DNA of 64,000 nucleotides from Heterodontus francisci. Lineage: Eukaryota. The stretch covers positions 4,278,001 to 4,342,000 of the forward strand of contig NC_090404.1 of NCBI RefSeq assembly GCF_036365525.1, in the 5' to 3' direction. This document shows, piece by piece, positions 14,098 through 26,130 of this stretch. The notes under the pieces were generated by a model that had not been told where the DNA came from, ran no database searches, and saw nothing but the letters and a program-made list of their open reading frames with translations. Each line of letters opens with the position of its first letter. The stretch's first letter is position 1. Made by a program: the position numbers and the translations under genes.

Positions 14098-14640
14098 ATA
14101 AAAGCAAAATACTGCAGATGTTGGAAATATAATAGGACAAGGTCACAGAAAATAACTGAGCAGCAGGTCATGGACCAAAGGCAGCGGTATGTTAATAGTG
14201 TGGTCACATACAAGCGTTAGTGCAGAGAGGGTGCACATTGACAGAAAATGAACAGCCCTGACCCCAAGCACAAGCATGAAAAAAACTGAGTAGGCACAAT
14301 AGAAACAAACGAAGCAAATTAAAATAAAATAAAAGAAACAAAGAAAAAAGAAAAAATAACAAAGAATAAAAATTAAAAGGTGGGTCCGTCATGCACTGAA
14401 ATTTTTGAACTCATTGTTCAGTCCGGCAGGCTGTAGTGTGCCGAATGGGTAAATGAGATGCTGTTCCTCGAGCTTGCGTTGATGTTCACTGGAACACTGC
14501 AGCCATCCCAGGACAGAGATGTGGGCATGAGAACAGGGGGTGTATTGAAATGGACAGCAACCGGAATCTCGGGGTCATGCTTTCGGACTGAGTGGAGGTG
14601 TTCCGCAAAGCGGTCACCCAATCTGCGTATAGTCTCCTCG
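14098..14640 (-). mobile_element. Penelope-like element fragment (GIY-YIG C-terminus and 3' region)
   Basis: GDRFAEHLHSVRKHDPEIPVAVHFN motif. Confidence 0.8.
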
Positions 14641-14790
14641 ACATTGGGGACGGAAGTGGCTGTTCAGGGAGGTAGAAATGGACGGGAGAAGAAATTCCAG
14701 CCGGTCTAATAACAACTCGGCGCTGTTCCTTCCTTTCCAGTTCTGTCAGGTCGCAGTCTCTGTTTCTTAAGTTCGGACTGGAACGCCGAG

Positions 14791-15295
14791 ATTAAACTCT
14801 GCCTGACACCGCTTATTGTCCTGATCACAGGTCGGTACCATTATAGACTCCCTGCAACATTCGCCAATCATCATTCAATTTCCCATCTCCAGCTGCGGGT
14901 CACTTTCACTTTATTATACTTTATCTAACATGCTGTGTGTCCGCTGTTTATTTTCAGAGATGGGTAACAGAGACTCAGGGCTCCAGTAAGAACAAGGAGT
15001 TGGATCAGTAAATTTAGCAATAATCTATAGTTGTTCTGCATGGTTTCACTTGCCAGCTGTAACCTGTTCTGGTATCACCAGTATCCACACCGAGCTCCTT
15101 AGTATCTGTTCAGAACCGATAGTCACGGAAATAAGGAAACGGCTCCCGGTTTTGAACACTTCAGCGGTAATCTCAACCGGATGCAAGGCACTTTTCTCCT
15201 GCCTATGAAAGGCTTGAGGATCACAGACAACGACTATTATTACTGCACCATAAGACCCACAGTGAATAAGATTCCTCGAGCAGAGCACAGGTCGG
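14791..15295 (+). pseudogene. TRAV/TRDV: TCR alpha/delta-type V pseudogene (leader 14791-14830; V 14958-15257; heptamer 15258-15264)
   Basis: Leader (ATT)KLCLTPLIVLIT|GT; DSGLQ*...YSCSA / frameshift / NLFWYHQYPHRAP*YLF...DNDYYYCTIR; CACAGTG with degenerate nonamer; stops at 14987 and 15100. Confidence 0.85.
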
Positions 15296-16141
15296 CATTA
15301 AGGGTGGGCGCCAAGTAAATACAAGGGATTGAATCCCAGAGAGTTTGCATAGAAAATGAAGGGAATATGCACTTTTTCCGAGCTGTTTTCTCAGTCAGTG
15401 CTCTCACCGTTGTGAAATGTAACATTTTTGTAGCATTTGAATCTAGGCTCAAATTCAGATATTCCCAGCTCCCTGTTCACAATGTCTTGCAGATCTCTGC
15501 GATGAATAACAGGATCGATCTGTCCAAGTAACATATCCGTCAGGCCACATCTTGCAAAGTTTCTGGAATTGCATTGGTAACAAAAGCAGCTGAATGAAAT
15601 CATCACTTTACTGGTACAAGTTGAACATAAGTGATACCGCACACCGATTTGAAGAGGAGTGGCTACTTATAATGTCCCTGATAGCCTTAGGACTGTAGCA
15701 ATGATGTTCATGGTTGGGAGGGTATTCATTCATACCAGGGCTTGAGAGCAAATCGAATTATTTCACCTTAATTAGAGAGAGATCTATTTCTCACATAACA
15801 TAAAGATAACCAGTTCGACAACAATGGAGACAAAGTGAGAAAGAAGCAGAGAGACTGACAACGAGATAAACAACAAGTGACTGAGACAGGGAGAAGGACG
15901 CACAAACGTATTCAGGGAAGAAAGTATTGGTGAGACAAAGCAGTAATTAGTCCTCAACGAACCTGATTGGTTCACAGCTGACATTATATCTGAGCCACCA
16001 GCCAACGTACCCCAGAGAAACACCCGTCCGTTTTCCAATAAGTGAATTCTGCCTCGATCAAAGGTCATTCTTCAATATCGGATTGGAAAATTAACAATTA
16101 AAGCATTCTGCTATTTTCAGTCGAACGCTAAACCAGACAGC

Positions 16142-16593
16142 ATGTGCTTCCTACGTTTCTTACTGATGATACTGGTCTTGTTGTCCGGTGAACCTATGTT
16201 TAAATGATCAGTGTGCCCTCCATTGGTTATATTCAGTCTTTTGATTTTGACTTCTGTGTATTGTTACAGGAATGAGTGGTGACGATTCAGTGTCCCTGGA
16301 CCCACAGGAAAGACGGGCGGTAATTCTGAACTTTAGTTACACGACAGCGTAGCCTGACTTAAATCTCTTCTGGTACATGCAGTATCTGAGGGAAGCTCCG
16401 AGATTTTACTGAGAACATGCGGCATGATACAGGGGGATAAATCTCCAGATTTTCCGGATTCTGGTGAATTGGACAAAGACAAGAAAACAGTTCCTTCAAA
16501 AGTCGACGGGGCTCTTGTCTCTGACTCTGCGGTGCGTTACTGTGTCCTCCGCCCCACACTGTCAGAGGAGCGCAGTCAGTCAGTACAAACATG
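16142..16593 (+). pseudogene. TRAV/TRDV: TCR alpha/delta-type V pseudogene (leader 16142-16187; V 16270-16554; 23-RSS 16555-16593)
   Basis: MCFLRFLLMILVLLS|GT; GDDSVS...LNFSYTTA*PDLNLFWYMQY...ELDKDKKTVP...SDSAVRYCVLRP; CACACTG-23-ACAAACATG; Cys23 to Phe, stop at 16350, frameshift. Confidence 0.9.
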
Positions 16594-18194
16594 GCAAAGG
16601 ACTCTCACCTCCTCCCACTAAATCTGGATTGTTATCTGATAATGGAACACAAACCAAACTATGGAGGGAAACACATGGGTCAATTTATAGATGGGTAGTT
16701 CATTAAACATTTAGAAAGATAAATGGACAGTCTCCCCGCCTTCACTTTCTCCTTCAATGATCACTTCCTCCTTTGTTTTGAAAGTATCCAGCTGCTGCAG
16801 ACAAGCGCCTGTGAATTCCGGCTGTGGGGTCTGTGAGTATAAAGCTCAGTGTGTTTCACAGCTCAGTAACGGGTTGGTTCTTGTTCGTTTGGGAGCTGAA
16901 TGATGAGATAGTTGGACATTAGCACTTCAGTCATCACTCCGATTGCCCGACTGCAACATAACCAAGAGGTGGATCGGATCATGAAGAATATAAAACAGTT
17001 AACTCTGGATATAACTTTAAATTAAACTGCGGAATTATAGCTTAGGGACACGGGTTCAAACTATGAAAGGTCATTTCAGGACCGGTATCAGGAAATTCTT
17101 CAGCAATCAATGCGTGGAATCAAGTTCCAGATGCAACAGAAGATGGTCAAACCTGGGAATAATTTCATAAAATGATGGATATTCCAAAGGCGAAGGTTGG
17201 AGCAGGATGGGGTTGGAGGCATGTTGGTGTTAAACAGTCTATCCTAAGAGTGGCAGAATTCCAACTCCCGCCCTGCATGATCCTGTGATCTTGTGATCAA
17301 TCGCAGGAGTCGGCAATTTGTTTTGGACATGCAGTCGCTTGTAGTCACCAGCAGAGGGCACTAAATGTCTTCACTGTGTTGGTGTCTATGTGGCAGCGAC
17401 TGCAGCTTCAGTGTTGAGTAACTTTACTGAAGAAGCGGATTGAAGAAAAGTTTCGGTAACAGAAACATTCATTTCAAATGGAAGTTGTTTTTATCAATGT
17501 CATGATGAAGGAATAAAATATTATTACTAATGGCGATATTCTGCATTTTGTAAGAAGCCGATCACCACAGAATCACTCAGTCCATTTGTTGCGACAGTCC
17601 GCCACTCTCCTCAAAGCTGTCAATTATTCCCTATTGCATTCAAGTAAAAGGTGCTGGCTGTCTCGTTTATCTGCAGAACAACTGCAAACTTGAAACTTGT
17701 TATGCTGGCTGTGGGAAATTCCAATGAGCAGTGCACAGCTCTTCTCGTGGAAGTCAATGGCACAGATGCCAGGACAACATGAATTATTTTCCTCATGCAC
17801 CAGCCTCACAGACTGGCTCTGTTAAAGGGCCAACATTGAGTTTTAACCCCGTCCAGTTCCCTGTTGTGAGAGCAATTTCATTGGACTCCCTGTTCACTGC
17901 TCTGATGTCATCAATTCTGGATGAAAGGACCGAAGAGCTGATTGGGTGAATTGCAATACTAATGCGCTGAGTGCTGATTGGATGAACTGGAGAATAAAGG
18001 ATTTGTGATCTGAGTGGACGAATTAAACAACAAAGGACCCGTGAGTTGACTGGATGTCACCTGCTGTCCATGCCAGCAATGGACCTATTGGGAGAAAGGC
18101 TGGATATCGAACAGCATCTTCTAAAGGCCTGACGAAAACAATTCCAGCTTCAATCAGTTCAGTTCATATCAGCCCACAACTGTCTGAAAACATC

Positions 18195-19044
18195 TTGGAT
18201 GTTACTTTATATTTATTCCTCACAGCTGCAGCTCTCTCAACTGGTAAGTTCACAATTTACACAAGGCCATCTTTCACATCTTGATCATATAGTTCATCGG
18301 TCTGTTCCCTGAAGACAAGGGTAACAATCGATTGATCAGAAGTGAACAAAGCAATCCGGATCTACCTTGAGTCTGAACACTGTTTGAGCAAACTCGACAA
18401 GCTCCCCCAATAAGAGAAATTTGAAGAGTTGAGCTGAGATTACAGGGGAATGGCTGACAGACATGTTCCTCCCCACCAGGGCTAATGACAGACACCGATA
18501 GACACACGAGTCTTACACCCACAGGTCGTTTGTAGGCTTCCCTTTACAGTCGATCCCAGCACCTTCCTGTTGCAGCTTCTGAACTGTGGAAAGTGTATTT
18601 GTGTTTACCTGTCCTGATTTCTCAGTTAAGTACTGGGGATGACGGGCTGATTCTGGGAGATAGACGTTGGTTAATTTAATATTGCTCTGTTCTTGCAGGA
18701 CATTGTCGAGGAGACTCCATTTCACAGTAACCAGCTGTAATCACAGTAAGTGAAGGAGACGATGTTCGGTTGCACTGTGATTATACAGCTAAAAGCAGCA
18801 GCAATCCTTACCTATTCTGGTACCGTCAGTATTCCAGTGGATACATGGAATATCTGCTGCAAAGAAACAAATACAGTGAGGACCGAGAAAGATTTCCAGA
18901 GGACCGTTTTTCAGCGGAGCTCGATGATTCGATCCGAACCGTCCCGCTGAAAGAATCTAAAACAGAACTGACAGACTCTGCGGTGGACTACTGCGCACTG
19001 AGACCCACAGAGACACAGAGCTGGGCTGATCCTGTACAAAAACT
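18195..19044 (+). pseudogene. TRAV/TRDV: TCR alpha/delta-type V pseudogene, near intact (leader about 18195-18243; V 18699-19005; 23-RSS 19006-19044)
   Basis: GHCRGDSISQ*PAVITVSEGDDVRLHCDY...PYLFWYRQY...RFSAELDDSIRTVPL...DSAVDYCALRP; CACAGAG-23-ACAAAAACT; single stop at 18728-18730; leader lacks an in-frame ATG. Confidence 0.92.
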
Positions 19045-19319
19045 ATCAGAGAGTCGCTCAACATAACAGCGTTAGGGAAACATTGTGATTGGAGGCGAGT
19101 GTCTGCATTAGTGATTAGAACTTGTACTGTTAATGTTAATATCCAGTTATCCTTATTCCTGCAATGTTTCACTTTTCAAATAATGATCTAATTTCCTTTT
19201 AAAAGTAACGATTGAATCTACCTCCACCAACATTTTCAGACAGTGTATTATGGAGCATAACATCTCGCTGAATAAAGGCAAAATTCTCTTCCTTTTTCCT
19301 CTGTTTCTTTTTGCAAGTA

Positions 19320-20805
19320 TCTATGTGTTTTTGTAGATCGGCAACACCAGACAGCCCGCTTCTACCTCCTTCCAAAAATTCACAAAAAAGATTGTCCTGG
19401 CAGACCCTTCGTTTCAGCCTGTTCCTGCCCCCACTGAACTTATTTCTTCCTATCTTGACTCTATCTTTTCTCAACTGGTCCAGTCTCTTCCCACCTGCAT
19501 CCGTGACTCTTCTGAAGCCCTACATCGTATTTGGCAATTTCCAGTTCCCTGGCCCAAACCGCCTCCTCTTCATGATGGACGTCCAATGTTTCTACACCTC
19601 CATCCCCCACCAGGAAAGTCTGCGGGCTCACCCCTTCTTCCTTGAACAGAGGTCTTCGTTATGCCTGCCTTTTTGTGGGATATGTCGAACATTCCTTGCT
19701 CCAGTCCAACTAAGGCCCCCTGACCCAACTCGTTTTCCGGTCTCTCGATGATTGTATCGCTGCCGTTTCCTGCACCCGCCCCGAACTGGAAATCTTTATC
19801 AACTTTGCTTCTAATTTCCACCCTTCTCTCACCTTTACATCGTCCATCTCCGACACATCCCTTCCCTTCCTTGACGTCATTGTCTCCATCTCTCAGGATA
19901 GGCTGTCTAATATAAGCCCACAGACTCCCATAACTACCTCGACTACACTTCTTCACACCCTACCTCCTGTAAGGACTTTATTCCATTATCCCAGTTTCTC
20001 GGTCTCCAGCGCATCAGTTCTGATGATGCAACCTTCGGCAACAGCGCTTCTGACCTGTTTTCCTCTTTCCTCAACACAGCATTCCCCGTACCATCCCATA
20101 CCACATCCCCCGCTCCACCCCCACAGCCACACTGTTGTTGACGGGGCCCTTCAACCGTGTCTGGCCTATTTCCCACACTTCTGCCCGCACCCCTTCGCCT
20201 CCATCCCAGAACAGCGACAGGGTTCCCCTTGTCCTCACTTTCCACCTCACCAGCCTCCATATCCAAAGGATCATCCACCACCATTTCTGCCACGTCCAGC
20301 GTGATGCCAATACCAAACGCAGCTTCCCCTCCCCTCCCATGTCAGCATTCCGAAGGGATCATTCCCTCCGTGACACCCCTGTCCACTCCTCCATTACCCC
20401 CAAAGGCCGTCCCCTTCCTATGGCTCCTTCCCATGCAATCACTGGAGGTGGAATGCCTGCCCCTTTACCTCCTCTCTCCTCACTATCCAAGGCCCGAAAC
20501 ACTCCGTTCAGGAGAAGCAGCGATTTACTTGTACTTCCTTCAATGCAGAAGACTGTATTCACTGCTCGCAATGCAGTCACCTCTGCACGAGGGAGACCAA
20601 AGGCAGATTGGGTGACTGCTTTCCAGAACACCTCTGCTCAGTCTAAAAACATGCCCCGAGCTTCTTATCGCTTGTCATTTCAATACCCGCACCCGCTCCC
20701 ACCCATACAAAGTCCCGTCCCCTCCCACCCTCCACCCCCCACCCCCTTCCACCCCACCAACTCTGCTCTCTTGCCCAATTCTCTGTCCTGGGCTTGCAGC
20801 AGTGT
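19320..20805 (+). mobile_element. Penelope-like element RT/GIY-YIG fragment
   Basis: MDVQCFYTSIPH, LPFLDV and DRVPLVLTFH motifs; degraded GETKRRLGD-like motif. Confidence 0.82.
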
Positions 20806-21635
20806 TTCCTTCATCGGACGGGGTATGGAGTACAAGAGTTGGCAGGTCATGTTACAGTTGTCTAGGACTTTGGTTCAGCCACATTTGGAATACTGCGTGC
20901 AGTTCTGGTCGCCACATTACCAAACGGATGTGGATGCTTTGGAGAGGGTGCAGAGGAGGTTCACCAGGATGTTGCCTGGTATGGAGGGCGCTGGCTCTGA
21001 AGAGAGGTTGACTAGATTGGGATTATTTTCATTAGAAAGACGGAGTGGGGATTCAATTACTAGGGGTCGCAAGTTCAAAGTGAGAGGGGAAAAGTTTAGG
21101 GGGAATATGCGTGGAAAGTTCTTTACGCAGAGGGTGGTGGGTGCCTGGAACGCATTGCCAGCGGAGGTGGTAGACGCGGGCACGATAGCATCTTTTAAGA
21201 TGTATCGAGACAGATACATGAATGGGAAGGAAGCAAAGAGATACAGACCCTTAGAAAATAGGCGACATGTTTAGATAGAGGATCTGGATCGGCGCAGGCT
21301 TGGAGGGCCGAAGGGCCTGTTCCTGTGCTGCAATTTTCTTTGTTCTTTGTTCTTTGAAAGATCGGATAAGGTCGGCTTGCATCAGCTGGAATTTAGAGGA
21401 GGAAGAGGCGACTTGATTGAAACATATAATATCTTGAGGGGGCTTGACAGGGTGGATGTGGAAAGGATGGTTCCCCTTGTGGGAGAATCTCGAACTGTTA
21501 CTGTTTAAAATTAAGGTGTCGCCCATTTAAGACCGAGATGAGGAGAATTTGTTTCTCTCAGAGGGTCGGCAGTCTTTGGATTCCTCTTCCTCAAAAGGCA
21601 GTGGAAGCACAGTCTTTGAATATTATTTACGCAGA
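20806..21635 (+). mobile_element. CR1 3' fragments (young subfamily with TTCTTTG tail, plus an older piece)
   Basis: LEYCVQFWSP...RGKFFTQRVVGAWNALP; nearly identical to 59320-59950. Confidence 0.9.
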
Positions 21636-21639
21636 GTTA

Positions 21640-22020
21640 GATATTTTATTTCTTTTCATCATTCGTTTTTTAACCATGTGTCTGCCCACGTTTTGTTCGT
21701 GTTTGTGCTTTTGGCTTGGGCTGTTCATTATTCTGTCATTTAACATCCTCTATGCACTAATGCTTCGTCCTTCACCACACAATTGGCACTCTCTTTGCCT
21801 TTGCCTTTGCCCCATGACCTCCTTATCTGTTAATCGCTGACCATCTGTCCTATCAACACTTTCCCTTTTGTTCCCTTTACGCCCAACCCCGCTTTATATG
21901 TATCTAAGCTATTACATTTCTAAACTTTGCCAATTCTGATGAAAGGTCAGTGACATGAAACGTTAACTCTGCTTCTCTCTCCACAGATGCAGAGTGTTTG
22001 CATCACGTTTTATTTTTATT
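21640..22020 (+). mobile_element. Penelope-like 3' terminus with hammerhead motif at 21932-21968
   Basis: Reverse-complement similarity to 14100-14400; CTGATGA-stem-GAAACGTT motif. Confidence 0.65.
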
Positions 22021-22208
22021 AATGTTTTTGTGTCCAGCTCTTACTGACCCTCCCTCACACGGGCAACAGTTTCTCTTTATTCACTCTATCAAAATCCATT
22101 TTTATTTCAAATGTCACTCAGTGATCTTTTATTCTTTAAATTTTATCCTGCTTTTGTTGGGATTTACTATTCACACATTCTCTAAATGTTTCTCTCTCTA
22201 TCCTGCAG

Positions 22209-22553
22209 AGAGCGGCCTTGAAGGCATCACTCATCAACCAAAAGAAGATGTGACAGCTCGGGGAGGAGTGATCTCCACCATGACCAGCTCCTTTACTGAG
22301 GTGACGAGAGTTTGCCTGGACTGGTACCGGGATGGTCTCTCCGTGGATCCGGAGAAATTCTCATCTGCTGCACCGACGGGTTCATTGACAATTCGTCTTT
22401 TGCAAGCCGGCGCTTCACCACATCTTTGGTCAAAAAGTACACGGCCGTCAGTGAAACAGTTTCACAGGTGACAGCTGCCGATACCAGGAAATACTTCTGA
22501 GTCTTAACACTGCACACAGCCATGTCGGTTCGGAAAGAGCCTAGACATCAACT
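22209..22553 (+). pseudogene. TCR delta-type V pseudogene with no recognisable leader; 23-RSS 22515-22553
   Basis: Strong acceptor; ESGLEGITHQPKEDVTARGG...TRVCLDWYRDG / frameshift / ...FASRRFTTSL...VTAADTRKYF*(Cys to TGA); CACAGCC-23-ACATCAACT. Confidence 0.75.
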
Positions 22554-23339
22554 GAAGATGTTATGACAAGAATACTGTGTCAGTGAACTCGCGGTATCAT
22601 TGTACTTCATGGTCGCTACTGAGTGCAATGGTCTAATGGAGAAGCGCAACAATTCTTTCACCCATTTTTCCCTCAGTGTATCATAAACGGACAGATTGAC
22701 AATTTTATCGAACATTGTGCACCCAAAGGATTTTATTTTTGTTGACCACAAATTACCGATATCTCGAAAACACTTGGACTCCCAAATTCCTTCATTCCTC
22801 CACAAGAGTCAGCATCAGAGTCAATGACACCATTTCTGGCACAGAATTCCACATTCATACTTCTTACTTTGTGATAAACTTCCTTCTATTTAAAAGTCAA
22901 ACTTCTGCTATTTGAAAGCTCACACTATTGGCTATCATTATTGTCGCTGTTTCCACAGGGAAAAGCAGAGCTTCTTCTTTGCTTTGCATTGTTACAGTCC
23001 ATTTTACCAGATTGTGTTGATGAGCGGTCACCTCCTCCTGGGAATGCCACGCCCACCCACCACCAACACCTAGGATTCAGTCTCCAATCCTCTCAGTGAT
23101 TCTCTCCGCTCAAGAGGACACCTGTCAGGACCCAGGAACCTCCCGGCAGAAAGGAGGTTCTGTTTGGAATTACTCCGTTAATGACTGGGCAGTGGAGGGC
23201 TGAAGCTCCCACAATTCACAGCAGCTATCAAACGCCTGGGATGTCGCTGACAGTGACGTTTCAGTCAATGATATTGCATTTGCGAATGTGTGGGTAGTGA
23301 GCCATTTGACATCAGCAAACAAGACCTTCAAGTTTTTGA

Positions 23340-24265
23340 AAGCAAGAAATGCTGGAAATACTCAGAAGGTCTGGCAGCATCTGTGGAGAAGAAGCAGAGT
23401 TGATGTTCACTGGAACGGACAGAGATGTGAGCTTGAGAGTGGGGGGACTGTTGAAATCGCAAGCAACCGGAAGCTCGGGGTCATGATTTCAGACTGGGCA
23501 GAGGTGTTCCGCAACGCAGTCACCCACTTTGCGTTTGGTCTCCCCAATGTAGAGGAGACCATATTGTGAGCAGCGAATACAGTATACTGCAGTGAAAGAA
23601 GTATGAGTAAATCGCTGGTTCACCTGAAATGAATGTTTGGGGCCTTGGATAGTGAGGAGAGAGGAGGTAAAGGGGCAGGTATTACACCTCCTGCGATTGC
23701 AGGGGAAGGTGCCTTGGGAAGGGGACGAGGTGGAGTGGGTAATGGAGGAGTGGACCAGGGTGTCGCGGAGGGAATGATCCCTTCAGAATGCAGACATGGG
23801 AAGGGAGGGGAAGATGCATTTGGTAGTGGCATCACGCTGGACATGGCGTAAATGGCGCTGGATGATCCCTTTGAATATGGAGACTGATAGGGTGGAAAAT
23901 GTGGACAACGGGAACCCTGTCGCTGTTCTGAGAGGGGGGAAGGAGTGAGGGTAGAGGTGCGGGAAATGGGCTGGACATGGTTGAGGGTCCTGTTAACCAC
24001 AGAGGGGGGAAATTCATGGTTGAGGAAAAGGGGAAGTCATATCAAAAGCGCTGTCATGGAAGGTAGCATCATCAGAGCAGATCCATCGGAGACAGAGAAA
24101 CTGGGAGAATGGAATGGAGTTCTTACAGGAGGCTGGGTGTGATGAAGTGTAGTCAAGGTGGCTGTGGGAGTCGGTGGGATTATAATGGATATTAGCAGAA
24201 AACCTATCCCCAAAGATGGAGACGGAGAAGTCGAGGAAGGGAAGGGCAGTGTCGGAGATGGACGG
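23340..24265 (-). mobile_element. Penelope-like element fragment
   Basis: Reverse complement of the 19840-20650-type sequence (LPFLDFSVSI, SIPFSQFLCLRWICS). Confidence 0.82.
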
Positions 24266-24480
24266 TTTCCCATGATATTTCCTGAATCTGTAACTCTGCA
24301 ATGCAGGAGCATCTCTGACAGAGCAGAAATACAAATCCCACTCCCCCTTCACTGCTGATCCAACCAATGACAAGAATGGACCCGCGGCAGCACTCCCTCC
24401 AATAACACAATCGGGTCAGAGCAAGAGCAGCAAACGGAAGTTGTGGGCGAGGATGCCGCAGACTCAAAATTTGAGTGAAG
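24266..24480 (-). pseudogene. Promoter, 5'UTR and ATG remnant of a V gene paralogous to 13640-13850, truncated by a Penelope-like element
   Basis: catgatatttcctgaatctgtaactctgca (24271) matches tatgatgctttctgagtctgtaactctgca (13649), with patchy similarity further upstream. Confidence 0.5.
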
Positions 24481-25029
24481 TGTGAGGCGACACTCTGCTG
24501 TACTCGGAACTGATTGAGCGGGAATAGTGTCTGTTGAATCTCCAGAATTCTGTGGCTATTCACCACCTGCTTACTGTTCAGTTGACTGGGAAATTTAGAG
24601 TGGAAGGAGAATGAAGGTACCAGAATAATAGAATCTGAGAGCGCAGAGTGAGGCCATTCGGCCTATACTCCCGATGCCTCTTTGGAAGAGTTCACTAATT
24701 CATACCTCACCCCCTACATTTTTCGCATTATCCTGTTTTGTTGTGCATTTTCAAGTATATATAGAATTCCCTTTCGAAAATTACTGTTCAATCTGCTTCC
24801 ACCACCCTTTCAAGCAGTGCATTCCAAATCTTCACAAATCACCGTGTATTAAGTATAACTCAATTTTCCCTGTCATTTTTCAACAACTCTTTTAAATTGG
24901 AGTTCTTGGGATGCACAATTTTATGCCAGTAGAAATAGTTACGTACAATCTACTCTATACTGATATATGGAGAACAATCCCAGCTTTCTCTCGCCCCTCT
25001 GCATAAAAGTTCATCATTTCACTTATTCT

Positions 25030-26130
25030 TTAATCGGGGGTGGGCATCTCTGGTGAGGTCAGTATTTAATACCTGTCTCTACTTGCCTTTGATAAGGTGG
25101 TGGTGAGCTGCCTTCTTGAACTACCGCAGTCCTGGGGGTGCAGGTTCACCCACAGTGCTATTAGGAAGGGAGCTCCAGGATTTTGACCCGGCAACAGTGA
25201 AGGAACGGCGCTTTAGTTTCAAGTCAGGATGGTGTGTGGTTTGGAGGGGAACTTGCAGCTGCTGGCGTTCCTAAGTTTCTACCGTTCTTGTCCTTCTAGG
25301 TGTTAGAGATCACGGGAATGGAAGGTACTGTCCAAGGCGTCTTGGTGCGTTTCTGCAGTGCATCTTGGAGATGGTACACACTGCTGCTACTGTGTGTGGG
25401 TGGTGGAGTGAGTGAATGCTGAAGGTTGTGGATGTGATGCCGATCAAGCGGGCTGCATTCTCCTGGATGGTGTCGAGCTTCCTGACTGTTGTTGGAGCTG
25501 CACGAATACAGGCAAATGGAGGGTATTCCATCACACTCCTGTCTTATGCATGTAGGTGGAGGACAGGCTTTGTGGAGACAGTAAGTTAGTCACTCGCCGC
25601 AGAATTCCTCGCCTCTGACCTGCTCTAGTAGCCATAGTACTTTTATGGCTGGTCCAATTCAGTTTCTGGTCAATGATAACCTGCAGAATTAGGTACGTGG
25701 GGGATTCAGCAATGGCTATGGTATTGTACATCAAGGGAAGATGGTTCGATTCTCTTTTGTTTGAGATGGTCATTGCCTGGCACCTGCGTTGTGTGAAGTT
25801 TACCTGCCACTTATCAGCCCAAGCCTGGATGTTGTCCAGTTCTTGTTGCATCTGGATTTGGACTGCCTCGAATGGTGCTGAACATTGTGCAATCCTCAGC
25901 GAATATACCAATTCTGACCTTATTATTGAAGGAAGGTCATTGACGAAGCAGCTGAGGATGGTCTTTCCTAGGACACTACCCTGAGGAACTCATGCAGTGA
26001 TGTCCTGGGACTGAGATGATTGACCATCAACAACCACAACCATTTTCATTTGTCCAGGTATGACTCCAACCAGCGGAAATGTTCCTCCTTGATTCTCATG
26101 GGCACCCGTTTTGCTCAGGCTCCTTGATGC
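25030..26130 (-). mobile_element. LINE RT fragment, same subfamily as 8470-9850
   Basis: LDNIQAWADKWQV and KLNWTSH motifs. Confidence 0.88.

Noticed and set aside
15340-15650. Minus-strand frames with faint V-like words (FSCFCYQ, LDSNATKMLHF...C)
   Set aside because: No Trp or YYC motif, RSS or splice signals; too degenerate to call.
17620-17910. Minus-strand Cys-containing ORF, possible V relic
   Set aside because: No diagnostic Ig motifs.
20135-21274. 379-aa ORF suggesting a novel fusion protein
   Set aside because: Chance read-through from an off-frame Penelope fragment into a CR1 fragment.
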